Below, piece by piece: positions 28,146 through 39,202 of a stretch of 40,933 nt of DNA. Source of the DNA: an uncultured delta proteobacterium (lineage in GTDB: Bacteria; Desulfobacterota; RBG-13-43-22); contig CAWDKY010000012.1 in NCBI GenBank assembly GCA_963802945.1, positions 1 through 40,933 on the forward strand, in the 5' to 3' direction. A program made the translations under genes and the position numbers. Numbering within the stretch: position 1 is the stretch's first letter; each line of letters starts with the position of its first letter. Below the pieces are notes generated by a model. It was not told the DNA's origin. It did no database searches and saw nothing but the letters and a program-made list of their open reading frames with translations.

Positions 28146-29987
28146 TCAAACCTTTTCCTTGGCTGATCCGGACCCATTCTGGATGGAATTTTCCAACCCT
28201 TCCTTTCCCTGGATGATTTGGTCAATGGTCTCTCCATCCAAGGTTTCTTTTTCCAGAAGCAATTGAGCCAGTCGATTCAGTCTCTCCAGGTTGCCTCTTA
28301 AGAGATCCTGGGCCTTTTGATAGGCGTCCAGGATCAATCGTTTGACTTCCAGATCTATTTTTCGGGCCGTTTCTTCACTATAATCCCGATGCTGGGCAAT
28401 CTCCCGGCCCAAGAATATCTGTTCTTCCTTTTTACCGAAAGTCAAGGGACCTAATTCTTCACTCATCCCCCACTCACAGATCATTTTTCGGGCCAAATCC
28501 GTGGCCCGTTCCAGATCATTTCCGGCCCCGGTGGAAATCTGTTTGAGGACCAGCTCCTCGGCCACCCTGCCCCCCAAAAAAATGACCAGATTATTGATCA
28601 GGTAATCTCTCGGATAGGTATGTTTCTCATCAATAGGGAGCTGTTGCGTCAGACCCAGGGCCCTTCCCCTGGGAATAATCGTCACCTTGTGTATAGGATC
28701 GGTTCCAGGCAGCAGCCTGGCCACCAGGGCGTGACCGGCTTCATGATAGGCGGTATTTTTTCGCTCCTCCTCGCTGATGATCATGCTGCGCCGTTCCGTC
28801 CCCATCATCACCTTATCTTTGGCGGTTTCAAAATCGGCCATATCAATTAAATCTCTTCCCAGCCGGGCCGCCAAAAGGGCCGCTTCATTGACCAGGTTTT
28901 CCAAGTCGGCCCCGGAAAATCCAGGGGTCCCGCGGGCCAGGATACTTAAATTGACTCCAGGGTCCAAAGGGGTCTTTCGGGTATGAACCTTCAGAATCTC
29001 TTCCCTGCCTTTGACGTCCGGGACCGGGACGACCACCTGACGGTCGAATCTGCCTGAGCGTAAAAGGGCCGGGTCCAAGACATCCGGTCGGTTGGTGGCC
29101 GAAATCAGGATCACCCCTTCACTGGATTCAAAACCATCCATCTCCACCAATAACTGGTTCAGGGTCTGTTCGCGTTCATCATGACCGCCTCCCAAACCTG
29201 CTCCCCGGTGGCGGCCTACCGCATCAATTTCATCGATAAAAATGATACAAGGGGCATTGCGTTTGCCCTGGATAAAAAGGTCTCGAACCCGCGAAGCCCC
29301 CACTCCGACAAACATCTCCACAAAATCAGACCCGCTGATACTGAAAAAAGGCACCCCGGCTTCCCCGGCAATGGCCTTGGCCAGCAAGGTTTTGCCTGTC
29401 CCCGGGGCCCCCATCAAAAGGACACCCTTGGGGATACGTCCCCCCAGCCGGGTGAATTTTTTGGGGTCTTTTAAAAAATCTATGATTTCCCTGAGCTCTT
29501 CCTTGGCCTCGTCGATCCCGGCCACATCGTTGAAGGTGACCTTGGGTCCCTGATCCGACTGGAGCCTGGCCCGGCTCTTGCCGAAGGCCATGGCCTTGCC
29601 GCCCCCAGCCTGCATCTGTCGCATAAAAAAGATCCAGACCCCGATCAAAAGAATCATGGGGAACCAGGAAATCAAAATGGTCATATACCAGGGGGAATCA
29701 TCAATGGGTTTGGCCGTGATGCGAACGTTATAGGTCCTTAAGATCTTGATCAGATCCGAATCCCTGGGGGCATAGGTCTTGAATTTTTTACCGCCGGCTA
29801 AAAAACCCTGGATATCGTCCCCCTGGATGGTGACACTCGTGATTTCGCCTTTTTCCACCATGGCCAGGAATTCGGTATAGCTCAAGGATTCTTTGGTGCT
29901 TTGAGGTTTATTAAATACATTAAAAAGAGCAATCATGACCAAACTAATGACCACCCACATGGCTAAATTTTTATAAAAAGGATTCAA
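28146..29987 (-). CDS. ftsH: ATP-dependent zinc metalloprotease FtsH (TTG start)
   Basis: Walker A GAPGTGKT, Walker B IFIDEID, HEAGH zinc motif, two TM helices. Confidence 0.98.
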   Translation of the reverse strand: MNPFYKNLAMWVVISLVMIALFNVFNKPQSTKESLSYTEFLAMVEKGEITSVTIQGDDIQGFLAGGKKFKTYAPRDSDLIKILRTYNVRITAKPIDDSPWYMTILISWFPMILLIGVWIFFMRQMQAGGGKAMAFGKSRARLQSDQGPKVTFNDVAGIDEAKEELREIIDFLKDPKKFTRLGGRIPKGVLLMGAPGTGKTLLAKAIAGEAGVPFFSISGSDFVEMFVGVGASRVRDLFIQGKRNAPCIIFIDEIDAVGRHRGAGLGGGHDEREQTLNQLLVEMDGFESSEGVILISATNRPDVLDPALLRSGRFDRQVVVPVPDVKGREEILKVHTRKTPLDPGVNLSILARGTPGFSGADLENLVNEAALLAARLGRDLIDMADFETAKDKVMMGTERRSMIISEEERKNTAYHEAGHALVARLLPGTDPIHKVTIIPRGRALGLTQQLPIDEKHTYPRDYLINNLVIFLGGRVAEELVLKQISTGAGNDLERATDLARKMICEWGMSEELGPLTFGKKEEQIFLGREIAQHRDYSEETARKIDLEVKRLILDAYQKAQDLLRGNLERLNRLAQLLLEKETLDGETIDQIIQGKEGLENSIQNGSGSAKEKV

Positions 29988-30079
29988 TGCTCCACCCCTT
30001 AAGTTCTTATTACCAAATAAACTTTTATTTCAAATTATCACAAAATGCTTTGAAATTCAAAGCTATTTTACCTAAAATC

Positions 30080-31495
30080 TTATTTGAGGTATTCCATTTC
30101 CAGGGCCTTGGTGGAATGGAAATCTAAAGAGAAGGCCTGCCCGATATCCATTCCGGCTATCCAAACAATTTTCCCCCCGGACATGACCAAAGGGATGCGG
30201 TCCCTTATGACTTTGGGAACCTTGCGATCCATAAAGTATCGGCTTACTTTTTTAGAGCCCTTCATTCCCAGCGGCCGAAACCGGTCTCCAGGACGTTTAT
30301 TTCGAATCAGTAATGGCCAGACCAGCTTATCAAAATCCACCCTGACCGGGTTCTTTTTTGGGGGGAACGAAAACGATTTGGATAAGGTTTTAATTTCTTT
30401 CAAAGCCAACCTTTCTCCTGTCTCACGAATAAAAATCTCTCGTGGCCTTTCAATTTCATAGGCAAACGGCTTTATAGGTTGAAGATCGATAAGGGCCGGG
30501 CGAATCCGTATATGATCCTGGTCCCATTGGGCTGACCAGCCCTCCGGCAGGATGATTCGACCCTGTTTCCGTTGGCTTTGAGCAGCCGTCAAGGTCGAAA
30601 GGATGTGGACGGCCCGAATATGTCTCAGGTGTCCAAGGCTTTTTAGAATAGCTCTCTGGATCAATCGGGAACTCAAGGCTTGCGGAAGACCGACCAATCC
30701 GGAACGAAGGATAGAGGTCGTATGACCGTAATGGGAAAGAAGCGTCCCGGCAAGTTGATCGACTTTTTCCTGGAGGTATTCATCATCTTTCTGAAGCAAA
30801 CCGGCTGTCTGATTTATTTGGACGAGAATATTCGGAGAATATTTTTTCAGTTCCGGCAGAAGGTGATGCCTGACACGGGCACGTAGATAACGAAAATCCC
30901 GATTGGAGGCGTCTTCTTTATAAGGAATTTTTTTTGCTGACAGATAAGTTAATAGTTCCTGGCGATATACCCTGATCAGGGGGCGGATGATGGGTCCCCG
31001 TCTGACGGGGATCCCGGCCAGACCTCCCAAACCTGCACCCCGGATCAGGCCGATCAGGACTTCTTCGGCTTGGTCGTTGGCCGTATGAGCCAGGGCCACC
31101 CGGTCGGCTTTTTTGAATTTTGCAACCTCTAAGAAAGCTCGGTATCTGAGCTCCCGGGCTGCCTCTTGGAGGGATTTACCGCTTTCCCTTTGAAAATTTC
31201 TGACAGGCAGTTTCCGGCTAAAGAATGGACATCCCAGTTTTTTAGACCAGGCTCGAACAAAGGCCTCTTCTTCATCCGCCGCTGCCCGCAGACCGTGGTG
31301 ACAGTGGAGGACCATCAAGTCCAGATCCCATTTGGAACGCAGTTCGGCTAAGATGGAAAGTAAGGCCATGGAATCCGGCCCCCCGGAAACACCGATTAAG
31401 ATTCGAGCCCCCGGTTCGAACAGCTCGGTCTCTTTGATGAACGCCTCCACGGAAAGCAGCAGACCGGATTTAATATTCTTTTTGCCTTGAATCAT
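30080..31495 (-). CDS. tilS: tRNA(Ile)-lysidine synthetase
   Basis: PP-loop SGGPDS, HHGLR, ARELRY, AHTANDQAE and C-terminal GDRF.PLGM.GSKKV. Confidence 0.96.
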   Translation of the reverse strand: MIQGKKNIKSGLLLSVEAFIKETELFEPGARILIGVSGGPDSMALLSILAELRSKWDLDLMVLHCHHGLRAAADEEEAFVRAWSKKLGCPFFSRKLPVRNFQRESGKSLQEAARELRYRAFLEVAKFKKADRVALAHTANDQAEEVLIGLIRGAGLGGLAGIPVRRGPIIRPLIRVYRQELLTYLSAKKIPYKEDASNRDFRYLRARVRHHLLPELKKYSPNILVQINQTAGLLQKDDEYLQEKVDQLAGTLLSHYGHTTSILRSGLVGLPQALSSRLIQRAILKSLGHLRHIRAVHILSTLTAAQSQRKQGRIILPEGWSAQWDQDHIRIRPALIDLQPIKPFAYEIERPREIFIRETGERLALKEIKTLSKSFSFPPKKNPVRVDFDKLVWPLLIRNKRPGDRFRPLGMKGSKKVSRYFMDRKVPKVIRDRIPLVMSGGKIVWIAGMDIGQAFSLDFHSTKALEMEYLK

Positions 31496-32005
31496 TGGTT
31501 AAAAAATCAGTCGGGTTGGAATACTGAATCCACCTGATGTTGGCTCCCTTTTCCACAGAAAGGAAAAAGCCGATTCCGTTAAACTTCTTTTTAACTTAAC
31601 AAAAAAACTGATTTTATTGATAAGTTATCTTTCCTAAATCAATTTTTATACAACTTTGAAATAATGTATGCCAAGAAATAGTGTAAGTCAAAATAATTTC
31701 CTCTTACCTTTTTTGAAAAAACCCTTTCCCCTATAAATAGCCTCAAACCTGATTTAACCACTTCCCGGTCTTATTTTTGGTTTTTCTCTTGATCCCGGTT
31801 CTCCGGCTGATTTATACTGTACCCTCAGACGAACCAATTACAATTATTTTGTCCTTAACACTCATGGCTGCTAACCGGGTTTATCTTGATCCGGCAAAAC
31901 AGGAAAAGCCTTAGTCCAACACTTGGAAACCGTAGCCATTGAACCATTGGGAAGGTTTAACAAAGGATGGTCATTTCAGTTAAACCGGATTAGGAGGATG
32001 GGAAG

Positions 32006-34400
32006 ATGAAGATCAGACTTTGGATCATAATCGGAATTCTGCTTGTGGCCGGTGCTCTCGGCGGATGGTTTTTGATCGACCGATGCCAGAAGGATGGAGA
32101 ACTTACCCTTTCCGGACTGAAAGAAAAAGTAATCGTTTTACGCGACGAGAAAGGGATGGCCTACATCTATGCCCAAAACATGGATGATGCCCTGTTGGCC
32201 CAGGGGTTTGTCACCGCCCAGGATCGATTGTTTCAAATGGAACTGACCCGGCTGTTTTCTTCGGGTCGTCTTTGTGAGATGGCCGGTAAAGAGGCCAAAC
32301 CCATCGACATCCGCATGCGGACCATTGGTTTTTTTCGCCAGGCCCAAAAGCATGCCCAATTATTGAATGCCCCGACCAGACGGAATTTTCAAAGATACTT
32401 GGACGGTATTAATCTCTATATCAAAGAAGGGTCAAAGACCTTTCCCCTGGAGTTTAAACTCGCCGGTATTGTACCCCAACCCTGGCGTATTGAAGATGCA
32501 CTGACCATCATGTATTACATGAGTTGGGGGTCATCGGCCAATTTGCAGACCGAGATCATCGCCCAGATGCTGGTGGACAAAATCGGTCTGGAAAAAGCCA
32601 AAGCAATTTTTCCGCTCAATATCAATCCTGATGATAATCATCTGACCCGGCAGGCCGCCTTGAAAGGGCACAGTAAGACCCCAAGCTTGAACCTCGGGCG
32701 TGACCCGAACCTGATGGCTTATCTGGAGCCGAGTCCTCTGCATATAGGCAGTAATAACTGGGTAGTGAGCCCGAAATTTTCTCCGGGCGGGAAACCGATA
32801 CTGGCCAATGACCCTCATTTGGAAATCAGGATGATGCCGAGCCCCTGGTATCCCATCGGCATCATCACTCCGGAAATGAGATTTGTCGGGGTCGGCATAC
32901 CAGGCACCCCATCTTTAACCATCGGAAGAAGCGACCATATCGCCGTGGGTGTGACCAACAGTTATGGGGACACCCAAGACCTGTATATCGAAACCGTTGA
33001 TCCCAAAGACCCAAACCGATATCTGGAAGGCGGGGTATCCATACCCTTTCAATGGATTGAAGAAACCCTCAAGATCAAGGATAAAAAGGCGACTGAAGGT
33101 TATCGCAAAGAGACGATCCGGATCAGGATGACCAAGAGAGGCCCGGTGGTATCCGGGGTCCTTCCGGGATTGAAAACCGATCATGTAATCACCCTGCGCT
33201 GGGCGCCCTTTGAAACCATGGGACCCTCTCTGGGGCTGGACAAGGTCCAACAGGCCAGGTCCGTTGATGAGATTCGGGAGGCCCTCAAAGAGGTGAATTG
33301 GATCGGTCTCAATTTTGTCTTTGCCGACACCAAAGGAAATATCGGCTGGCAGACCTCTGGAAAACTGCCCATCCGGTCTCAGGGGGAGGGCACCCTGCCC
33401 TATATCGTTCGCGACGGCCGGGATAACTGGACAGGCTGGATCCCCTTTGAAAAGATGCCCCAGTCTTATAACCCGGAAAGGGGTTGGGTTGGAACCTGCA
33501 ATCACAAAACCTTCAAGGAAGACTACCCCTATTATTATTCATCCCATCTGTCTCCCTCCTATCGCTATCGGCGCTTGAGTCAACTTCTGGATGCGCCGGG
33601 CTTGAAGTCTGCTGACAGCCACTGGCAATTTCAGAGGGATACCATGAACCTGATGGCCAAGGAGATCACCCCGATCATGGTCAAGGCCCTCAGGACTCAT
33701 GAAGATACCAAGGTCATGGCCGATATCCTCAGCCATTGGAATTTTCAGGATGATCCTCAGGCGGCCGCACCGACTATCTTTCAGGCCGTGTACCGACAAT
33801 TCGCTCTCCTCGTTTTTACCGACAAATTGGGTCCGGAATTGGCCGGCACCATGCTCGACGACTGGTACTTTTGGCAGGAACGCCTGCAGGAAATGGTCGT
33901 CAAAGGGACATTCCCATGGTTTGATAACCATGAAAACAGACCAGGTAAAGGAAACGCGGGATGACCTATTCCACCAGGCGGCAATCGCTGCCTTTGAAGA
34001 GATAAGCCCGATCCTTGGCCGGGATCCGGAAAAGTGGTTGTGGGGCAAGGCGCACCAGCTTGAATTGGTCCATCCCATCAGACGCAAGGGATTTGGAAAG
34101 GGCCTGCTTGGCGGCGGCTCACACCCGATGGGAGGCTCGGGCGAGACCCTGTATCGGGCCATGTATGATTTCAAACATCCCTTCGGCGTAACCATTTCGG
34201 CTTCTTTGCGTATGGTGGCCGACCTGGCCGACAATGACCGGATCATGGCGGTCCTGCCGGGCGGGGTCTCGGCCCGTCGGTTCGACTCCCATTTCAAAGA
34301 TCAGATTAAGCCTTTCATGAATGGAGATAAGGTCTACTGGTGGTTCAGCGATAAGGCCATTAAAGAACATACCCGTCACACCCTGGTACTCAAACCTTGA
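32006..34400 (+). CDS. Penicillin acylase family Ntn-hydrolase (frameshift near 33930)
   Basis: QGFVTAQDRLFQMEL, GSNNW nucleophile and LANDPHL. The C-terminal WLWG.AH...SLRMVADL lies in the next frame. Confidence 0.92.
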
Positions 34401-34621
34401 TAATTTAAACGGCTATCATCGGAAAAAAATATTGCCACTTTTCTCTCTCCTTAACCATAGAAAAAAGCTATGACCCAAGGGATTATCTATCATGATTTCC
34501 AATTTGACCGATGATTCGACCTAATATATAAAAATATAAATCCCTTAGAAAGAAAAATTCGCTTGAAAATGATGATCTGTAGTTACAGGGTATCGCCTTA
34601 CGATCTTCAAAAAGTAACTTT

Positions 34622-35821
34622 ATGGAAAAGAAGGCAGTAATTTATCTCGACAATGCCGCCAGTTCCTGGCCCAAACCTGATGCGACCTGGCAGGCCATGG
34701 AGCATTTCATGCGCTCTATCGGCGCCAACCCGGGCCGCTCGGGGCACCGCCTCTCCATTGAGGCCGGCCGTATCCTAATGGAGGCCCGTGATGCCCTAGC
34801 CGATCTTTTCGTCGTTGATGACCCTCTTCGCATCTGCTTTACCAAAAACGCCACCGAGGCCTTAAACCTGGCCATCTATGGAACTCTTCGTCCCGGCGAC
34901 CACTGCATTACCTCCAGCATGGAGCACAATTCAGTGATGCGTCCTTTGCGCGACCTGGAGAAAAAAGGTCTCGAGATCAGTGTTGTAACCTGCTCTTCTC
35001 AGGGAGAACTCGATCCCCTGAAAATCGAAAAGGCTATAAAACCCAATACAAAATTGATCGTCATCACCCACGCCTCCAATGTGGTCGGGACCCTGATGCC
35101 GATCGGTGAGATCGGGAAGATCGCCCGCCGGCAGGGCGTATGGTTCTGTGTCGATGCCGCTCAGACCGCAGGCGCCTATCCGATCGACGTCAAAGCCATG
35201 CAGATCGATTTCCTGGCCTTTACCGGCCACAAGTCCCTGTGCGGGCCCCAGGGCACAGGCGGCCTGTACATCAGAAAGAGATTGGAAACAAAACTCGAAC
35301 CCCTGATACGGGGTGGGACGGGGAGTGGCTCTGAGTTCCAATGGCAACCTGAGTTTATCCCTGACAAGTACGAGAGCGGCACACCCAATACCTTGGGGAT
35401 TGCCGGTCTTGGTGCCGGGGTGCGCTTTATCCTTTCACAGGGTCTTGCAGAAATTCAAGCCAAAGAAAAGAGATTAACGCACAGACTCATCGAGGGATTA
35501 CAACCCATCCCCGGCGTTGTCGTCTATGGTTGCGGGGATGCCCATAAACAGGTAGCCATCTGCTCTTTCAACATCGACGCTCTTACCCCCTCTGAGGTGT
35601 CCATGGCCCTTGACGAGGAATTCAGCATCATGAGCCGACCAGGGCTGCACTGCGCCCCGGCTGCCCACCAGACCATCAATACCTTCCCCCAGGGAACCGT
35701 GCGTCTGAGCGCCGGGTTCTTCACCACCGAAAAAGAAATAGACCAGGCCCTGAAAGCCATAGAGAAGATCGCCGCCCGATCATTGAAACGAGGTGTCAAA
35801 CATGACCAAAAAGATCGTTGA
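34622..35821 (+). CDS. Cysteine desulfurase / selenocysteine lyase family PLP enzyme
   Basis: IYLDNAA, SMEHNS, DAAQ, FTGHK (PLP Lys), ESGT and RPGLHCAP. Confidence 0.92.
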   Translation: MEKKAVIYLDNAASSWPKPDATWQAMEHFMRSIGANPGRSGHRLSIEAGRILMEARDALADLFVVDDPLRICFTKNATEALNLAIYGTLRPGDHCITSSMEHNSVMRPLRDLEKKGLEISVVTCSSQGELDPLKIEKAIKPNTKLIVITHASNVVGTLMPIGEIGKIARRQGVWFCVDAAQTAGAYPIDVKAMQIDFLAFTGHKSLCGPQGTGGLYIRKRLETKLEPLIRGGTGSGSEFQWQPEFIPDKYESGTPNTLGIAGLGAGVRFILSQGLAEIQAKEKRLTHRLIEGLQPIPGVVVYGCGDAHKQVAICSFNIDALTPSEVSMALDEEFSIMSRPGLHCAPAAHQTINTFPQGTVRLSAGFFTTEKEIDQALKAIEKIAARSLKRGVKHDQKDR

Positions 35822-36398
35822 CTGCCGCGGACTAACGTGCCCGCAACCGGTCATAGAAACCAAGCAGGCCCTTGAAAAAAGTGATAAAGTCACCATCATC
35901 GTTGACAACCTTGCTGCCCGTGATAATGTGGTCCGCTTCGGGGAAAGCCAGGGAGGCAAGGTGACCATGCAAGAAAAAAAAGATGGAGTCTATATCACCA
36001 TCACCAAACCCAAGGACGGCCTGCACCCTGAACAAAAACAATCATCCCTATGCTTGACAACTGGGCCAGTCGTGGCGGTCATCCGTAGTGATCAGATGGG
36101 ACAGGGGGAAGAAAAGCTTGGGCGTGTCCTCATCCGCTCATTTCTCCATACCCTCACTGAAGTCACGGGACGGCCGGACACGATGATCTTCTTCAATACC
36201 GGGGTACGGCTGACTTCCGAGGGTTCGGAAGTGCTCGATGATTTGCAAGCCTTGAAGCAAAAAGGGGTCGTCATCCTGGTCTGCGGCACCTGCCTCGACT
36301 ATTTCGGCCTCAAGGAAAAAATCGCCGTCGGTCAGATTTCCAATATGTACACTATCGCTGAGACCATGCTGGCGGCCGGCCGTCTGGTTACGGTGTGA
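35802..36398 (+). CDS. yedF: Selenium metabolism protein YedF (TusA/SirA plus DsrE-like domains)
   Basis: VDCRGLTCPQPV, LGRVLIRSF, CGTCLDYF and SNMY; GAGGTG RBS. Confidence 0.9.
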   Translation: MTKKIVDCRGLTCPQPVIETKQALEKSDKVTIIVDNLAARDNVVRFGESQGGKVTMQEKKDGVYITITKPKDGLHPEQKQSSLCLTTGPVVAVIRSDQMGQGEEKLGRVLIRSFLHTLTEVTGRPDTMIFFNTGVRLTSEGSEVLDDLQALKQKGVVILVCGTCLDYFGLKEKIAVGQISNMYTIAETMLAAGRLVTV

Positions 36399-36412
36399 TC
36401 AAGGATAACCTA

Positions 36413-36646
36413 ATGGGGGATAAACAGTCACCATCGTATGGAGTGGTACTCTTTCAATCAGTCAACGGGGCGTTGCTGGCAGAAAAGCTCCTCAAAGAAA
36501 AGGGGGTTGAGTATAAACTCATCCCCGTGCCACGTCACTTGAGCTCAGACTGCGGCGTCTGCCTCCGCTTCCTACCTGAGAATGAACCCCAGGTCAAAGA
36601 AGCCATAGTCGGAAAAGTCGAGATCCAATTATTCAGTCCACTTTAA
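36413..36646 (+). CDS. DUF3343 protein (associated with Se-utilisation loci)
   Basis: LFQSVNGALLAEK...LIPVPRHLSSDCGVCLR; follows yedF. Confidence 0.85.
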   Translation: MGDKQSPSYGVVLFQSVNGALLAEKLLKEKGVEYKLIPVPRHLSSDCGVCLRFLPENEPQVKEAIVGKVEIQLFSPL

Positions 36647-36786
36647 AGCATAATTCTTTATTAATTTAATTGGTTACTCTAAAAACATTACATTCAGCTT
36701 GAAGGATTGCAGGACAAGAAAAAGGTTTGATCAAGGAGAAAAATAGAGCAAGAGCGGAATATCAGAAATAGATTCTCAATTTAAAT

Positions 36787-36899
36787 TGTCCTGAACAGTA
36801 GTTGGGTTAACGGACAGTGTCCAGATAACTCTTTTTATGGCTTACACCTACAACTATTCTAAAGCGATCGTTCCGAAAATTAACTGTTTGAAATATGCA
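36787..36899 (+). repeat. Dispersed repeat of about 115 bp (copy 2)
   Basis: Aligns with 10100-10213. Confidence 0.75.
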
Positions 36900-36928
36900 T
36901 AAGAAAAGCAGGACTAAAAATTCTGAAC

Positions 36929-38218
36929 TTATCTATTCTTTTTTTGTTTATTTTCATACATTATCTTGTCGGCCTGAGCAAGCAGGACATCGATGGAACA
37001 AGGATTTTGGGGATCAAAACAGGCCAGACCCAAGCTCAGGGAGAGTGTATAGGGACGCTTTGTTTGGAGAGGATGTTCATTTAAGACCTGCTCGAAGCGG
37101 TTAATCAGTTTTTCGGCTGAGGTCTCAAAGCTGTTCATGGCCAGAATGACAAATTCATCGCCTCCTATGCGGGCGATGATATCCGATTCCCGAAAGGTTT
37201 CTTTAAGTATCTGGGAAGTATCCACTAAGGCTTGGTCACCTTCTTGATGGCCGAAGGTATCATTAATTCCCTTCAAATTATCTAAGTCTCCAAAAATGAG
37301 TAGCATCTCTGTTCCCATCCGTTGGGCCGTCTTTAACCCCTGTTCGGCCAGGGTAAAAAAACCCCGGCGGTTATAGAGGCCGGTCAGGTCATCTTTAAGA
37401 GATAAAGTCTTGAGAGCTTCCTCGGCCCGCTTGCGTTCGGTGATGTCAAACATGGTAGACCTGATCATCAAGTAGTGCCCGGGTGAGTCGTAGATGACTG
37501 AGGCATTCAATAACACCGGGAACGTTGTACCATCTTTGCGAATTATTTCTAGTTCTAATTCCCCTACAAATCCTTCGGTTTTAAGGCGTGAAAAATTTTC
37601 CCGGAAGGTTGGCAGGTTCTCTGAGGCGATCAAGTCGGAAAACTTTTTTTCCCCAATCAGCTCGTTCCGGGTATATCCCAACCATCTAAGTTCAGTATGG
37701 TTGATTCGTTGGAATATGCCGTTTTCGTCTAATGAGTGATAGCCACAAGGGGCGTTGTTATATAGATCTTCAATCTCTTCCGCCGATTTACGCAGTTGGG
37801 CCGTTCTTTCCGCCACCTGGATTTCAAGCTTGGTCCGCAACCGACTCAGTTCGAGATGGGTCCTCACTCGCGCCAGAAGTTCTTCGCGCTGGTAGGGCTT
37901 GGAAATAAAATCAACTGCCCCGAGCCCGAATCCTTTCACATTTACATCGAGGTCTGTAAGACCGCTAATAATCATTACAGGGATATCGCGGCTATCTTCC
38001 TGCGCTTTAAGCCGTCGGCAGACTTCGAATCCATCTATGCCCGGCAAGCCGATATCCAGAAAAATCAGCCCGGGCGACTTGGACGCCACGGAGCGAAGCG
38101 CCAGTTCCCCGCTGTCGGCGGACCGCACCTGGAAGCCTCCAGTCGCCAAGATATTCGTAAGCAGCCTCACCACCATCGAATCATCGTCGACAATAAGTAT
38201 TTCATCTTGTTCGGGCAT
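36929..38218 (-). CDS. REC-PAS-GGDEF diguanylate cyclase response regulator
   Basis: REC domain (ILIVDD, LDI, KP), PAS/PAC domain (RKDG...DITERK), DDLTGLYNRRG, RESD I-site and intact GGDEF. Confidence 0.95.
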   Translation of the reverse strand: MPEQDEILIVDDDSMVVRLLTNILATGGFQVRSADSGELALRSVASKSPGLIFLDIGLPGIDGFEVCRRLKAQEDSRDIPVMIISGLTDLDVNVKGFGLGAVDFISKPYQREELLARVRTHLELSRLRTKLEIQVAERTAQLRKSAEEIEDLYNNAPCGYHSLDENGIFQRINHTELRWLGYTRNELIGEKKFSDLIASENLPTFRENFSRLKTEGFVGELELEIIRKDGTTFPVLLNASVIYDSPGHYLMIRSTMFDITERKRAEEALKTLSLKDDLTGLYNRRGFFTLAEQGLKTAQRMGTEMLLIFGDLDNLKGINDTFGHQEGDQALVDTSQILKETFRESDIIARIGGDEFVILAMNSFETSAEKLINRFEQVLNEHPLQTKRPYTLSLSLGLACFDPQNPCSIDVLLAQADKIMYENKQKKNR

Positions 38219-38291
38219 AGATCACATCCTTATCTTAGTTTTGATAATGAAAATCTTTTTACGTTCTGTGCAGTTTTAATATCAGGCAACA

Positions 38292-38330
38292 AATAAAAAA
38301 CCCCACCTCTCAAATGAGAAACGAGGTCTA
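38292..38330 (-). terminator. Terminator-like hairpin in the 5' leader of the DGC gene
   Basis: Minus strand GACCTCGTTTCTC-ATTT-GAGAGGTGGGGT followed by TTTTTATTT, about 75 bp before the ATG. Confidence 0.6.
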
Positions 38331-38725
38331 CCGTTCTTCCATCGACACTCTCTTTAACCGTTTAAAGACATCTGCCTATCAGAAAAGAGAAAATACACTT
38401 CGATTTGACGCTGACGCATCTATCACACCCGTTTATTCTTTGTTCCGTAGCCTTGATCTGATCATCCGGTTGATGAATTCCACCTTCCAGGACACCCGAG
38501 AAAAACAATGGTTTGTGGTTTGAATAATAAAAACGTTTACGGATCCCTTTCCCCTCCCAAAAGGGAAAGAGACCAATAAACGGTTTTTCTTTAATGCCTT
38601 TGGAACTTAATTATTCTATTACGGATTTTGAGCTAATACCCCTCACCATTGATTCTTCGGATTACCACTTTCTTGCTTGATTTTTCAGAATGGCTTGTTT
38701 TTAATTTTTATCATCTTGTTGATAA

Positions 38726-38741
38726 TGCAAGATGGATACCA
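38726..38741 (-). promoter_or_regulatory. Sigma54 -24/-12 promoter
   Basis: TGGTATCCATCTTGCA (GG-N10-GC), with an upstream AT-rich IHF-like tract at 38755-38795. Confidence 0.75.
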
Positions 38742-39124
38742 GAATTGATTATGGTTATTAAAATAAAATAATTAATAATATTAATTAGTTAAAAAGACGA
38801 AAAAAAGGAGAGATTGAACCGGAACAGTTTTTGGCCAAAAATTATCTGTAAAGGACAAAAAATGTTAAAAAAGTAAGATCAACGGCCTGATTATTTTGCC
38901 AAAACACCCAGACCCACAGGACACACTAAGGGCGATGTTATTATCGGTCTTGGTTGAGTCGGCCCTCCTGTTTTTGGTTTTAGTACACAGAACAATTAAT
39001 AAGAACTTGGTTTTTTGGGAATTCGAGTAGCCTATCTGAAGTTTACGAGGTTAAAGATTCTTTGCTATTTATCTCGATTACCGGGTACTCTTCTGATTTT
39101 TTCAAAATCGAATTTTGAGGATTT

Positions 39125-39174
39125 CAGGAAGAAGTTACCATCAAACTTGACAATGCCTGTATAATCAAATCCTG
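39125..39174 (+). repeat. Dispersed repeat of about 55 bp (copy 2)
   Basis: Aligns with 18420-18477. Confidence 0.65.
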
Positions 39175-39202
39175 ACTTTCACAATTTAAAGGGCGTTAGA
39201 AT

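Noticed and set aside
26026-29553. Numerous plus-strand ORFs of 70-160 aa
   Set aside because: They are antisense shadows of cdaR, cdaA, folP and ftsH with no motifs. The same applies to shadow ORFs over ilvB, the acylase and the DGC gene.
31496-32005. oriC in the AT-rich tilS-acylase spacer
   Set aside because: Only one DnaA-box match (TTTTCCACA, 31549-31557) and no dnaA/dnaN context. Divergent promoters explain the region.
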